Positions 11,901 through 22,300 of a DNA stretch of 64,000 bases are shown piece after piece. Position 1 is the stretch's first letter, and every line of letters starts with the position of its first letter. Where the stretch lies: positions 1-64,000 of IMG/VR virus record IMGVR_UViG_3300032284_001133; one strand, 5' to 3'. The notes below the pieces were generated by a model, which saw only the letters and a program-made list of their open reading frames with translations, made no database searches and was not told the origin of the DNA. Source of the stretch: a virus. A program made the translations under genes and the position numbers.

Positions 11901-14900
11901 ATCAGAACCTGTAAATGTTGTTGATTTAGAATCAAACGTTGTTGGATTTGCTGTCAATTGCGATGCAGGGTCATTAGTATATTTGGATCCCGATAAGACT
12001 GTTGAATATTTGTCAAAGGTTGCTTGTTTTAACGAACCAATAGATGATACTGTTAGTACATCACCTGAAGGAGTTACACCAATATCGGTTCCGAATGCTA
12101 CACCTAAATTGCTATAAGGACTTGTTATTACTTGATTAAACTCGTAAAGATTAGTTGAAGTATTCAACTCCATTACAATAACTTTACCTTTTTTATCTGA
12201 GCCTTCAGAAGAATTCGGTGCTGTAATAAACAAATAAGTTCCATCATCTGTCATTTGTAATTTATTTGCAAATCCATCACCTGGTAATATTCTATCGTAT
12301 GCTGATAAACCTTGAGTCGTAATTGCTGATCGTGTTCCGTTATTATAAACGTAAACAGTTCCAGTGCTTTGAGAACCTACACCGGGAGCCGCTACCGCAA
12401 TTATAGATCCATCCTTGCTAGCCGCAATTGAATATCCAAATTGTATACCAGAAACTGGACTAGTTATTGTAGTAGGTGTTCCTAATGTAATAGAACCACT
12501 TGCTATATTGTAACTGTAAACATGCACAGTATCAGCACCGGGACTTGAGATAACGATTGTATTATCTGTTTGAGCAATATCATACCCAAAATGTGCATAA
12601 TTAGATGGGCTAGGATTAGCTAACGTTAAATTGCTAGTAATATATGTTGTAGTAAAATTTATGCCTAAAAATTTAACATATCCCGATTCTGGAGTGGTCT
12701 GAAGTGACACATTTTTATTATGTGCATACGGAGCACCTGCTATAATAAAATTGTTTTCTCCATCAACAATTAATTTTTGACCTAGCCCGGTCGGAGTGGT
12801 ACTTGTATAAGAAGTACCGTCAATATCGTTTAATGTTGCTTGAGTTATATTGACTAATGTATTCCCATATCCGTCTTTTCTATAAACGTAGATTATTCCA
12901 TATCCAGAGAAATAATTATAATAAGTCGGAGATGCGATAGCCCATTTCTTACCATCTCGCGACCCTGCTATTCTGTAACCATATTGTTCATTTTGTCTAA
13001 TAGGTGATTGATATGCAGGACTCGATATACTGCTAGTATCATAGGCATTAACTTTTTCAAACACACCCCAGCGGTTATTGCCGTCATTATCTACCCAAAT
13101 TTTTTCTCCTTCTTTTAAATCATTTAAGAATTCAAAATTATTTAGATCATCAAACGATGATAAACGAACACTGGCAAACTTAAACAATAAACCAATACCC
13201 GGAGTTAGTGTTGGGCTTATTAAAGTTAAAGTTGATGCTACTATAAATTGGTTTAACTCAGGAATTTCTGTAATCTGATAGACACCATCGATGTTAGAAT
13301 CTAATTGGCTTATAGAAATTAAATCGCCTACGTTTAATTTATGAGGTAAGTTAGTTGTTAATAAAATACTACTTCCAGGGAAATTAATTTTTGCCCCAAC
13401 AATGTTAGTAGGAATCTTAGAATATCGTAATACATCCCAATCTCCATCGTCTCTAATACCTAACCAAATTGTATCACCGTCATTTAAATTTCTGTTGTTA
13501 GCAATGTCTAATAAACTGTATTTGTTAAATGCAGTTGATGTTACATCATCTATACGGGGATATCCTGCCATAGGCAACATAGTTGTGAAATCTAAATTAC
13601 TAGCCTGTGTAGTAGAGAAAGGTTCGCTGGTATAATTGTTAGGTTTAACAATTACATCAGATGGAGTTTTATAGATTATTTGACTATTTGATGTTACACC
13701 TGCAACATCAACAAATTCTATAATTTGAGGATTTTCTTTGAATTGTAATTCGTCTAGGCTAATCTCGATATCTTCTTTGGTGTTGAGAGAACCATATTCA
13801 CCAATTCTGAATGCCCATTCTTCATTGTAATTAATTTCGCCGTGTAGTACCGCTTCGCTTGCCTTACTTAATTTATCAAAAACATTTTGAGTACCTTTTT
13901 CTCTAATAAACCCTTGATAAAATTTGTATTGACTGATAGGGTCAATAAAAATATTACTCATGTAAGTTCTAGGTTGATAAGCAGTTAGATGCTGTGCCAT
14001 CTTTTGTTGACCGGCATCAAAATTATCTATATTAAGATTGTAAAAATCTCTAAATTGGTTGATCTTATAATCAAAGTTAGGTAATAATTGTGGTGTTGGT
14101 TTTGATGATAATATTTGCCAGCTAGTAAAATCAAAAGTACTTGCCCCATCGATTCGTTTATTTGCTGTGTAGTAATTTCCTACATAACGAACTACATCAC
14201 CTATACCATAATCAGTATATTCTACCCAATCGTTAACTATAGCTTCATCATATATAAATCCAGGACTTGTTAACCCGCCGTCCCAACCTCCTGTAATAAA
14301 TCCTATTAATTTTATTCTTGCTTGTCTATACCCCGATTCTACGTCATAGATAATATCACCGAATATAGATTTGTTGTTCAACACAATAACATGCTCTTGT
14401 TGAACAAAATTTAATCTAACAAAATATATACCTTCGTTAGTGTTGAGTGTACTAATAGAAAATTGTCCACTTGTTCTGTTTGTATTAACATATTCAAGAG
14501 GAAGAGGATTGCCGTCGGCCTTTAAAACACTATACTCTGTAAAAGGATTAATTAAACTGTCAACTACGGCAGTAGAATTATTAAATTTTAGACTACTAGA
14601 AAAAGGACTTAGTGTTATTATGCTTCCGCTAGTCCAATTTTGAGTCGTCCAAAATAATAATTCTTTTGCTGTAAAGTTCCAGTCAATTACTTCTTCAAAG
14701 TCACTGTTATATTGATCTAATACTAATCCCTGTTGTAATAACCACTGTCCATAGCCCATTACAGCATAGTAAAGGTCTTGTAGATTAGTATATTCTGTTC
14801 CGTATGGTATTTGAGTCACCGTATCAGAATATCTAACTGCCTTCAATACCGATACTCCGCCTATTCTTGGTAAGGAAGGAATTTGAGTAAAATACAAAGG

Positions 14901-17900
14901 ATTAAAAGTTGTGCCAGATTCGTGGCTAACCTTCACACGATACCAAAGGTTATTATAACTTACAACCTGTCCGGCTTGATAAAAATTTGTGTGGGTAGGG
15001 TTGACCGCAGTCGGTCCTATTGCAACATCAACAGGTGTTGAGCTTGCTGTCCAAATAACATAAGGTTCTGATTTTCCGCCTACGACAAATGCAGGATCTG
15101 TAGATCCTGACACAGGATAATAACAATTAAAATAAGGATGTAATTTATCGTATCCTCTTAAAACAAATCCACTGTCTGTCCTTTCTACTATTATCCCCGA
15201 TACCCCAATAGATTCTACAGGATTACTTTGATTTAAGAAGACATTGTAATCTTCGTTAGGTAATGCAACTCCAGGATTTTTAGTTGCAGGATTAACAGAA
15301 TCAATAATGATGTCTATTTTATCTTTATTAACAAATCCACCAACTTTGTACATTAAATTTAATGAAGTATTTGATAGATCTGTTTTTAATTCTTGCACAT
15401 ACGAACTACTACGTTGACGATTAATTTCAACAAGAATAGGACTATAACCTGCAGATTGAACCAATGTTCCACTAGAAATATCGCTGTAGATTTCTAAATT
15501 AGTCAAATCAATAAAAGTTTTATTATATATAATTTGACCTGCACTATTAATAGACATTCTACTAGTGTCAAACATCAATGAGCAATATTTTGCAGGGCGG
15601 GCCAATGCCATCATAATTTGAACAGCGAAAGGCCATAAACTTGATCTTCTCCATGCTGTCTCTACAGGACCAATATCTCCAAAATTCCAAGATACATTAA
15701 CTTGGTTTGGATCTAGTCCGCTTGCTATACCTGAAGATACAGGATCTAATAACATTCCACTATTATCAACAGGAATAACAGAAGTTAAACCAGGTCGAGC
15801 ATATAAAGAATTAACTGAAATTCCAGACGGGTCTCTGATTGTTCCTGTTTCTAGATCTTGCCACAGTAATAAATTTCCAGCTGTATAAGGAGCCGGACCG
15901 TATACCTGTGTCCACCACATAGGCATTGTTGGAAAGCCTAACATTTCCCAAGGACAAGTATGAGGTCTATCAGTGTCATAAAAGAATTTAAAAATTCCTC
16001 TCCAGCCGCCTGGAAGAGGTAATAAATTTAAATTATCTTTAGCTGTTGAATAATTAAAAGTTTTTGGATCGTCTGTTGCGGTGGTATTATTTTCATAATC
16101 TAACCCATAAAATCCAGCCCAGTTTAAAAATTCTGGTTTTAAAATATCTGATATTTGACCGTAAGAATAATCATTAGGTCTAAATGCACCCGGCATTATT
16201 TCATTAATATCAAGTAATTCTGTATTATAAAACGTTTTTATGTTGTTATAAATCCTACATTCAAATTCAAGAATTATATCGTCTCGATAATCTCCGTAGG
16301 CAACCATAATACTTCCATCGTGCCCTTCTATTACCCAGGTAGGAGTTGAATATGTATCATCAAGATATATACTTGGTACTGATGCGGGATATAATCCTAA
16401 TTTAGTAGGAGTAAAAGGAACAAAACATCCAGTGGTTGATGTATAATCTCTTATAGAAATTATATCTCCTTTAGACAAAGGTCTAATTATATCAACTGCT
16501 GGATCGATAGTATCAAATGTATAATCAACACCGTTTATTAATTGTAATATTGCACCAGTATCAATGCTAGTATAGTAAACCAGCACCGATCGTAAAGATA
16601 ATGTCGATGTTGAAAATACATTGTTTAATGAGTATTTTGTATTTCTAGAATCAGTTACAGTCCATGAATTAGAAGTATAATCTTTTCCATAAGCTAACAT
16701 ATCAGAATTTATGTAAGGGAAATTTATATCTTTGTTTACATTCATGTTATGTAAAACAATATCTAAAGCAGTCATAGGATCATAACTACCACTGACTTCT
16801 TTTATTCGTTTTAAGAAACTTAATTTAAACTGTGAATATTGAATTGCAGACTTTCTTAAAGCAGAAATAACACTATTTTCTTTATCGCTAATAAAATATC
16901 CTGCAAATGCCGCAGGTGTTTTATTGCTAATTAATCGAGTGCCGTATTGATTAAAATCACCGATGTCTCTAATATTATTATTTCCAAAAAACGTTCCTGT
17001 AAAATTGGGGTGTGCATTTGCCATGGTTTCAGCATGGTCAGATAATTCTGCTAATGTAAATTGAGATATAGGTCCATTAAAAGGATTATTAGAATAGTTA
17101 ACGGCTACTTCATAATAACCATTGTTGTTTGGTAAGGCATTTGTATATAATTTAAATAATAATCTGTCATTTGTAGATAATTGATTAACAAATGTTACAA
17201 AATATCTATTTTTATCAGCAAATAAATTATAATCAGTAGATTCAAATAAACGAACATCGTTTAAGAAAACACCAACTGAAATATTTTGATAACCGGGATT
17301 ATCAACAGCGATAATTTCTACGCTACTTGTTGCAGTTGTAATAACCCGACTTTGAATAATAGGAATAGCATACGTTTTTCCTTCAGTCCAAACGTTTTCG
17401 TATTTTGATCCGTTAATATTATTAACTTTTAAAAATCCTTGTTTAATTGGAACAGTAGTTGTTCCGTTTGCCTCGGTTATCAAAATAATGTCTGTCATAA
17501 AATAATTATTGAACAGATAATAACCTTGGTCTGCAATAGTTTTGTATAACAAAGGAAATCCCAATACAGAATCATTGGCTCCATTTCCTACAGCATAGTT
17601 AAACAAATATGTACCATTAAATGTATTATTAGTATATGAGGTATAATTGCTGTAGCTTACTCCTTGTTCATCAAATACATCAAACTTAGGAAATTGATTT
17701 AAAGAGGTCTTTTCTTGTGCCTCTGTCCATACTGTTCCGTCAAACCACCATATAGATCCTTGATGTGTATTGCCTGTCAATACTGATACATTATCTCCTG
17801 CATTAGGAATAGAATCGTCAGCAGGATCTAGACTTATAACAAAATTTCCATTTAGTTTTACAAAATTAACTATAAAAGTTATACCATAAACTAATGGATC

Positions 17901-19304
17901 CTTATCGGCCAAGAAAATAATTCTATCACCTTGACCTAGTAATACTCCGTCAACATAATATCCGATTTGTCCCTCAACGGCATTAAACGCATCTACTGTA
18001 GTAGTATCTATATGTTGAATGTTAGGTTTTGCTTGACTACCAAAATTATAAAGTTGTATATCTGGTTTAAATTCGACGATAGGCCTTGTTGCTCTTGCTG
18101 TTTGATCATAGCTAGGTGACGTACCGTTATATAATGCCGATTGAGCAATAACATCTTTATGAAACCATCTGTTATATCGAGACCAAGGATTTAGATCTCG
18201 AGATGATCTATTGATAGTTATATATTCCGGTAGTAGCGGTAAGCTGTTGTAATTATCAAACGGATAATCATCAAAATTAGTACCATCATAATTTTCATTA
18301 TATGTAGACGCATAGGATTCTGGAGTCTGTAATGAATCTACAGAAATTAATCGTATAGCGGTACCTACACCTTCTACAATAAAATCTGTTCCTTGGTAAC
18401 TCTCAGGGGTTACACTTCCTGCAAAATTAACTTTAAGTCCATTGGTAAACACAATACCGTTTCCAGATGTGTATGTTTTTTTTCCTAAAATTTCTTTTGT
18501 AATATCAATTACTGAATTTTCTATTATAGATTTAACAATAATTTGTCCGCCTACTAACTCATCATCCTCAGCTACATAATATAAAGTAGCAGGTGTATTA
18601 TCGTCGACTGTAAGTGTTATTGTTCCATTTGACGTACCATTGTTAGTAATAGTAGTTTGAAATGCCTGACTTGCGCCTGCAATTCGTCTTACCTTAATCC
18701 ATACTTTATGTTTTGAATTTACATCAAAATTATAGGTAATTCCTTTGTACAATGTTAATGTAACGTCGGGTGTAAGTCCGTCGGGTGTTATAATAAAGTT
18801 TTCACCGTTTTGTGCATCAGTAATTGTATAGGTACTAACTGTACTTTTTTGTAAACCTTCTACAGTAACCGAATCGGGCCCAACTGGTAACCAATAGTAT
18901 TGGTCAAAATTAATAAACTTATCCCAATCGATATGAGGATCGTAAGAATAGTATTCAGGTTTAAAGAGGTTAGCAAGATTATCAGTTTTTCCGCCTTCAA
19001 AAGAAATTTGATTTATTAAATCATCATACCCAAAAGATTTTTTAATGTTATCAAAAGAATCCTTTACAACTACCGCAGGCTCTAATTGATAATTTTTTCT
19101 TAGAGGCAAAGATTCGGGTATATAGTAATCTGTTAAAGGATTATAAGTTTTTGTATTAGTTGTACCTGCCCATGCATTTACACGACTAAGTTGAGGTGTC
19201 TGAATTAACTGATCAAGAGTGGCAGATAAAAATTTAGAGTTTTTATCCGTTCTGAAGATAGAAGGAAGTAAATTTACTGATTTTTTGCTGTTAGAATCTG
19301 ACAT
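5973..19304 (-). CDS. Giant baseplate wedge/structural protein (4443 aa), gp7-position
   Basis: Uninterrupted 13.3-kb ORF directly after gp6-like gene; FG-GAP-like propeller repeats (FGYSIA..GAP), GxGYxxxPxVxV repeats, many Ig-like beta segments. Confidence 0.75.
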   Translation of the reverse strand: MSDSNSKKSVNLLPSIFRTDKNSKFLSATLDQLIQTPQLSRVNAWAGTTNTKTYNPLTDYYIPESLPLRKNYQLEPAVVVKDSFDNIKKSFGYDDLINQISFEGGKTDNLANLFKPEYYSYDPHIDWDKFINFDQYYWLPVGPDSVTVEGLQKSTVSTYTITDAQNGENFIITPDGLTPDVTLTLYKGITYNFDVNSKHKVWIKVRRIAGASQAFQTTITNNGTSNGTITLTVDDNTPATLYYVAEDDELVGGQIIVKSIIENSVIDITKEILGKKTYTSGNGIVFTNGLKVNFAGSVTPESYQGTDFIVEGVGTAIRLISVDSLQTPESYASTYNENYDGTNFDDYPFDNYNSLPLLPEYITINRSSRDLNPWSRYNRWFHKDVIAQSALYNGTSPSYDQTARATRPIVEFKPDIQLYNFGSQAKPNIQHIDTTTVDAFNAVEGQIGYYVDGVLLGQGDRIIFLADKDPLVYGITFIVNFVKLNGNFVISLDPADDSIPNAGDNVSVLTGNTHQGSIWWFDGTVWTEAQEKTSLNQFPKFDVFDEQGVSYSNYTSYTNNTFNGTYLFNYAVGNGANDSVLGFPLLYKTIADQGYYLFNNYFMTDIILITEANGTTTVPIKQGFLKVNNINGSKYENVWTEGKTYAIPIIQSRVITTATSSVEIIAVDNPGYQNISVGVFLNDVRLFESTDYNLFADKNRYFVTFVNQLSTNDRLLFKLYTNALPNNNGYYEVAVNYSNNPFNGPISQFTLAELSDHAETMANAHPNFTGTFFGNNNIRDIGDFNQYGTRLISNKTPAAFAGYFISDKENSVISALRKSAIQYSQFKLSFLKRIKEVSGSYDPMTALDIVLHNMNVNKDINFPYINSDMLAYGKDYTSNSWTVTDSRNTKYSLNNVFSTSTLSLRSVLVYYTSIDTGAILQLINGVDYTFDTIDPAVDIIRPLSKGDIISIRDYTSTTGCFVPFTPTKLGLYPASVPSIYLDDTYSTPTWVIEGHDGSIMVAYGDYRDDIILEFECRIYNNIKTFYNTELLDINEIMPGAFRPNDYSYGQISDILKPEFLNWAGFYGLDYENNTTATDDPKTFNYSTAKDNLNLLPLPGGWRGIFKFFYDTDRPHTCPWEMLGFPTMPMWWTQVYGPAPYTAGNLLLWQDLETGTIRDPSGISVNSLYARPGLTSVIPVDNSGMLLDPVSSGIASGLDPNQVNVSWNFGDIGPVETAWRRSSLWPFAVQIMMALARPAKYCSLMFDTSRMSINSAGQIIYNKTFIDLTNLEIYSDISSGTLVQSAGYSPILVEINRQRSSSYVQELKTDLSNTSLNLMYKVGGFVNKDKIDIIIDSVNPATKNPGVALPNEDYNVFLNQSNPVESIGVSGIIVERTDSGFVLRGYDKLHPYFNCYYPVSGSTDPAFVVGGKSEPYVIWTASSTPVDVAIGPTAVNPTHTNFYQAGQVVSYNNLWYRVKVSHESGTTFNPLYFTQIPSLPRIGGVSVLKAVRYSDTVTQIPYGTEYTNLQDLYYAVMGYGQWLLQQGLVLDQYNSDFEEVIDWNFTAKELLFWTTQNWTSGSIITLSPFSSSLKFNNSTAVVDSLINPFTEYSVLKADGNPLPLEYVNTNRTSGQFSISTLNTNEGIYFVRLNFVQQEHVIVLNNKSIFGDIIYDVESGYRQARIKLIGFITGGWDGGLTSPGFIYDEAIVNDWVEYTDYGIGDVVRYVGNYYTANKRIDGASTFDFTSWQILSSKPTPQLLPNFDYKINQFRDFYNLNIDNFDAGQQKMAQHLTAYQPRTYMSNIFIDPISQYKFYQGFIREKGTQNVFDKLSKASEAVLHGEINYNEEWAFRIGEYGSLNTKEDIEISLDELQFKENPQIIEFVDVAGVTSNSQIIYKTPSDVIVKPNNYTSEPFSTTQASNLDFTTMLPMAGYPRIDDVTSTAFNKYSLLDIANNRNLNDGDTIWLGIRDDGDWDVLRYSKIPTNIVGAKINFPGSSILLTTNLPHKLNVGDLISISQLDSNIDGVYQITEIPELNQFIVASTLTLISPTLTPGIGLLFKFASVRLSSFDDLNNFEFLNDLKEGEKIWVDNDGNNRWGVFEKVNAYDTSSISSPAYQSPIRQNEQYGYRIAGSRDGKKWAIASPTYYNYFSGYGIIYVYRKDGYGNTLVNITQATLNDIDGTSYTSTTPTGLGQKLIVDGENNFIIAGAPYAHNKNVSLQTTPESGYVKFLGINFTTTYITSNLTLANPSPSNYAHFGYDIAQTDNTIVISSPGADTVHVYSYNIASGSITLGTPTTITSPVSGIQFGYSIAASKDGSIIAVAAPGVGSQSTGTVYVYNNGTRSAITTQGLSAYDRILPGDGFANKLQMTDDGTYLFITAPNSSEGSDKKGKVIVMELNTSTNLYEFNQVITSPYSNLGVAFGTDIGVTPSGDVLTVSSIGSLKQATFDKYSTVLSGSKYTNDPASQLTANPTTFDSKSTTFTGSDKSSGSAFVFNRYSDMFVFGQEIFDTTVGTTDLFGESIFATDSVIMVGAPGLQSTKSQTGSVYIFDKNVNYTNSWNLLREEVDLVDLSAVQKIYTIDDYNSQVQDYLDVVDPVKGRIPGIANQELKYKMINDPAIYSIGNAGTNNNTSANWIDDHVGELWWDLSTVKFVWYEQGELEFRRNNWGGIFPGCTIDVYEWVRSTYLPSQWSALADTTDGLIAGISGQPKYPDNSVISVKQIFSSTTQGFTNVYYYWVKNKVVIPNNTTRRMSAFDVANTIANPRSVGLKYISFLANNAVMLANSKPSLNENNIHLAIEMDTINNNIPIHTEWLLLQENNINSLPSDALVQKILDSALGHDSQGNPVPDPTLPNRLKYGVQIRPRQSVFVDRLGAIRTLVEYSNSVLEKNLIVDNYDISPLDSKEPIPNIDMGTYDVLVEDLVERDALSPRYTKQAVLTCRIQYGKIIDISIIDPGFGYKVAPTVTVTGSGINGEIRTTINTAGSVIGVSIIDPGKNYTFAPTLTVRPFTVIVNVDSSVNNKWSKYEWNYSNLTWGIPVHVQSYDTTNYWSYIDWVSPTFNPNQEFLLTIDAPYELAVLTNVPAGNYIKINNNGNGRSIVLKKLSTTAQPGTYNREYDLVYEQNGTIKLLDSLWNFTSSTRGFDGTDTAWDQTEFDSTPDVESQIIFNTLNNNVFVRDLQIHLNKLFFKLVRYALTEQKFLDWAFKTSFIGVTNNAGELNQPATYKLDDTSYYESFIEEAKPYRTKVRTFTDAYTSTEVSLSMTTDFDLPSYYDTALKQFTPVTFGSPLLNQQPYKSWFENYTYYVKSIDVFDGGSGYQYPPQVVVQATNGDVVTTTATAVAYIALGKVSQIVVTNPGAGYTSNPKIILEGGGPTTLTSAKVGAKLANDQIRSTLTKIKFDRVAGYNEITTPTAVDEFTGDGYTHIFPLTWYPEPNKRDFEVTVGGLLKLDSDYTINYSTGKFNGYTKQYATITLNTTPTFGSPVVVTYTKNVSLYRAVDRIQNYYSPTSGMPGNTATLLMSGLEYPGVTIDTLPFHSSLGWDTAPWGGSTWDDYVSEPGVYQATSPVIVAKFDHINTDNGLHSFNVANNLSIRNVQVGAIATLTNTTTVFTVTTSTSDTQYRGYWEIGFNLLTPTLTTNTNITFTNPNPEVYTLPYTPVVGTTITVYVSTGSIVNAVRIDDPNYGTDNTITNPNATMQSFTGTVGVNTISIGQIVGPNDIVIFRPWVSDGTTIPTDVDLDTLIYGGTINGTTISESDEYTDINLDGDGFISPWNSYGPEENLPGNILESVGISVFTRPQAFNPLIINKKYFTAGTQSTFALGTTPPNNDSVMVLWNDNPLYVNQDFTIDFSNNTLTTFNTLGSGLLSITTIGVSSGDILEYDVFNISNTTTNILTFASAFNDVESSYVTVNGVTTSSYQILSTTNGYDINRSSLKFNSNFNQEDVVQVWLFNSPYKAFSQVYDQVITTGTTGVSVFDLVQPPGKLGPFHSQVIVEYNGVKLLPPDTLYFVIENNQLTYPLNAHYNYQTGAIDASSLEVYINGLLANLGDQYELMQTDNTVRFNSVSVKNGDAIAIVNLIGHQYEIQNNQLVLTSAVDTSSSSNTIRIVTFTDGDTMGIRKERFAGNISGRYLLSRTVLNSNYLWVEVNGSNLTNNYDYKIDADGQTLILSDSFILKPTDNVVVMSISDITSQSILGYRMFKDSLGRTSYKRLSLQNTTQLAQPLTSTDTTITVVDASVLGHPNISRNQPGILLIFGERIEYYVKTGNVLSQIKRGTFATGVRSLYPAGTAVIDQSPQQNIPVLDYTQTERIITSVSTATFDLNNINFTTALNTASGNLIHGISTSSSALLDSQIQVFYQGKQLTRPEDPLTLHDPNIAYDSGEYNSDIIQPAGYYIDTNTHQLILSTATSIGSQIEVVRNVTALWIDHTVPMHDNSTEQVKFLLERPAALPDKYYYGQQ

Positions 19305-19316
19305 TCGCTACTATCC

Positions 19317-22300
19317 TTAAACGCTTGTTATTACTGTTGAAGTGGTCTTTAATTCAGTAGAAGTAATAGCACTAATTATTTGAATATTATCTACTGTGGC
19401 CGCATTAATAAAAATTTCATTAGATTGACATGCTATTTCATAAAGACTACCAAATGCTACATCTGCTGTAGGAACTATAACAAAATTTGTGATGTTCGGT
19501 GTTAATAAATTCATCACGTATGTTGATAATTCACTAAAATAAAAACTTTGACCAAAGTCCCAATTATCTAGAGAAAAGAATGTATTAATTGCAGTTATTA
19601 TAGAATTTTTAATTTCATTATCGCTTATGGTAACAGCAGAATTTTTTACAGCCTTAAATGTTGCTTGTAAATTTGATTCCGCGGCTGAACCAAAAAGTGG
19701 TTTGTAGGTTACTGGTTGATAAACTATTTCATCACTGATTGCTTTAATAGGTTCTAATACACTGGCATAATTTTCTTCTAGGCTTGAGCTAGTAGGAGTC
19801 ATAGGTTCTGCTCCGCTACCACCTGCTAACCATGCTCTATATGCTGTGTCATATGATGCATTTAAAATATAAACATCCATAATATTTGTTTTGCCCGGGT
19901 CTAACCTTCTATCATCACCACTATTGTGTTGATAATGAAATTTTAATCCTGTTCTTCCAGGTCTAGCATAATATAACGGCATTATGTTATAGGTATAGGT
20001 AATAGGATCATATTGCGTAACAACATCTGCATCTGTATCGTATAGATAATACAAGGTAGAAGTATTAGGAGATGCAATATATGTTTCATTAGGGTATGCT
20101 TCGATCGGAGTGATCGACGTATCAACTATTAAATAAGTTGATCCGTCTGAGTTTATTTGAAAATAAACAAAATTATCTAAGTATCCTGTCTGTGCTGAAA
20201 CATGTGTCGGATTCGTAATAATAGTAAATGCATCTGGATCTTGAATTTGACCTGTTACAAGATTAGAATAAAAAGATACTTTTACCTTTTTAGGTTCTAT
20301 ATAACCATCAGCTTCGACTACACTACTATCTATTTGCCAATTATAATCTTCACCTAAAGAAGCAGTTGAGTTAGGCGCATTATTAATGCCTAGTACAGAA
20401 ATATTATCCTTGATAACTGTATTAGTTACAAAATCATAGTTAACATTAGTAGGATCAAAGAAAAATGCAGTTTCTTGTTTGCTTTCAAATATATATTGAG
20501 TTGATCTATAATATACTTTATAATTAATTCCTGTCCATTGAAAACTAATGACCCAGCTTGCATCTAAATTTGAATTAGTTGTATCTTCTTGAAATAATAA
20601 ACTAAAAGGACTAACTAAATCTAAGTTTGTATCTGTAATAATGTACCAAGATCTAGTTGTAGACGAAAAACTTAAACCAAAATTTCTATTGGCTAAACAT
20701 AGGTTCACAATTGAAGTTTGTATACTCGGTATCAAAATGCTTCCGAATTCTGGAATTATTTCCGTAAAATAACACCCTGTTGGGACATTTCCCGTAACAA
20801 TAATTGGACCAGATCCGTTTGTTAATGCGCCTTTTCCGCCGTTCGCTCCGTCTCCTACAACATTAGTAATTTGTATCCATCTATAAGATACTGTTGTATC
20901 GTCTTGAGTAGTTGTTAAATTACCATTAGGTAAAAAATAATTACCTGCCGGAGGAAGTATCTTAACTAACGCACCTGTATAGGCGTATTGCAAGGTGTTA
21001 GATGAAAAATATCCTACCTGTACAGGTACAGTTTTTGATGGCTGACCAAGATAAGATGTTTTGTCAGCAAGATAACCTGTAGATTGGTTAGTACCCGATG
21101 TTACTTTAATCCAGACTGCTCCAGGATCACTAACGTCTGGTCTAGGCCAGTTGTCGTAATAAAATGCTTTGACAGAATTTGAATTAACTATGTCTGCTAG
21201 TTGATTAGTAACTACAGAATAAATGTCTGTATTACTAGTAAATGAAAATTCAAAATTTGATTGAGAATACTCTTTATAAAGCGCACCGTCTGTTGCAAAT
21301 ATATTTGTGCTGGAATATTTTCCTGACACATCAGATAAATCAAAAAATTTACTAATACCGCTACTGGTTCTATTAACGCTTTTAACTTTAAGAATATCAG
21401 TTCCTGCATTTAAAGGAGCAATATTATAGTCTTCGCCGGTGATCATTCTATTTTGAGTATAATATATCTGTGGCGCTTTCTTTTTAATATTATCAACACT
21501 TTCAGATGCTGTACTATTTGTAATAGTATATTGTAAAGATAAAGTTAACGACAATGTTTGACTTTGACCGCTCTTATTATAGTAAGGAATCTGTACTTGA
21601 ATTCCTCTCATTTGATCAGGGGTGATAGAATAAGTTAGGCCATTACTTTGTCTATAAAATAAGTTAAAGTTTCCTACAGGTAAATTACCAAATGCACCGT
21701 CAGCAAAATTTAAATCAATTTGATCGTTTGTTCTAGAAGTTACAGCATAGATATTTCTATTAGAATTGCTAATACTATTATAAATCACATTGTTACCTGT
21801 AACCGAATCTACCTTTGTCCATAAATTTGCATAATTGTTGTTTGAGTCCATTTGCCATAGCCAAACATCAGAATCATTAATATCAGGTGCATCTACTCCC
21901 ACAATTTCATTTGTTACAGGATTGCTAATCGAAAAACTAGTTACTCGTAAATCACCTTGTTTAAGTAAAACAAAAAATCCTGTGTTATTTGAACCTGCAC
22001 CTTTTCCATCATTTTGATAAATGTAAGAAAAATTACTTCCGGGTTGTGGAGTGTTTTCGTAGATATATGTTTGTCCAGAGAATGTAGATGGAACGATTTC
22101 AAAAGCTATTGTTGTTCCATCTATAGGTCTACTAAAAGAATAAACAGGAACATCAATGTTAGCCGAATTAATTTTATATTGTTCGCTAGGAACATTTGAA
22201 ATTGTACTTCTAGCATAAGGAGTACCAAATGTAAAATTGCCAGGCATTGCAGAATTTAATATGCTTATAAACTGCTGATACCAATTAGAATTTGTAGGAT

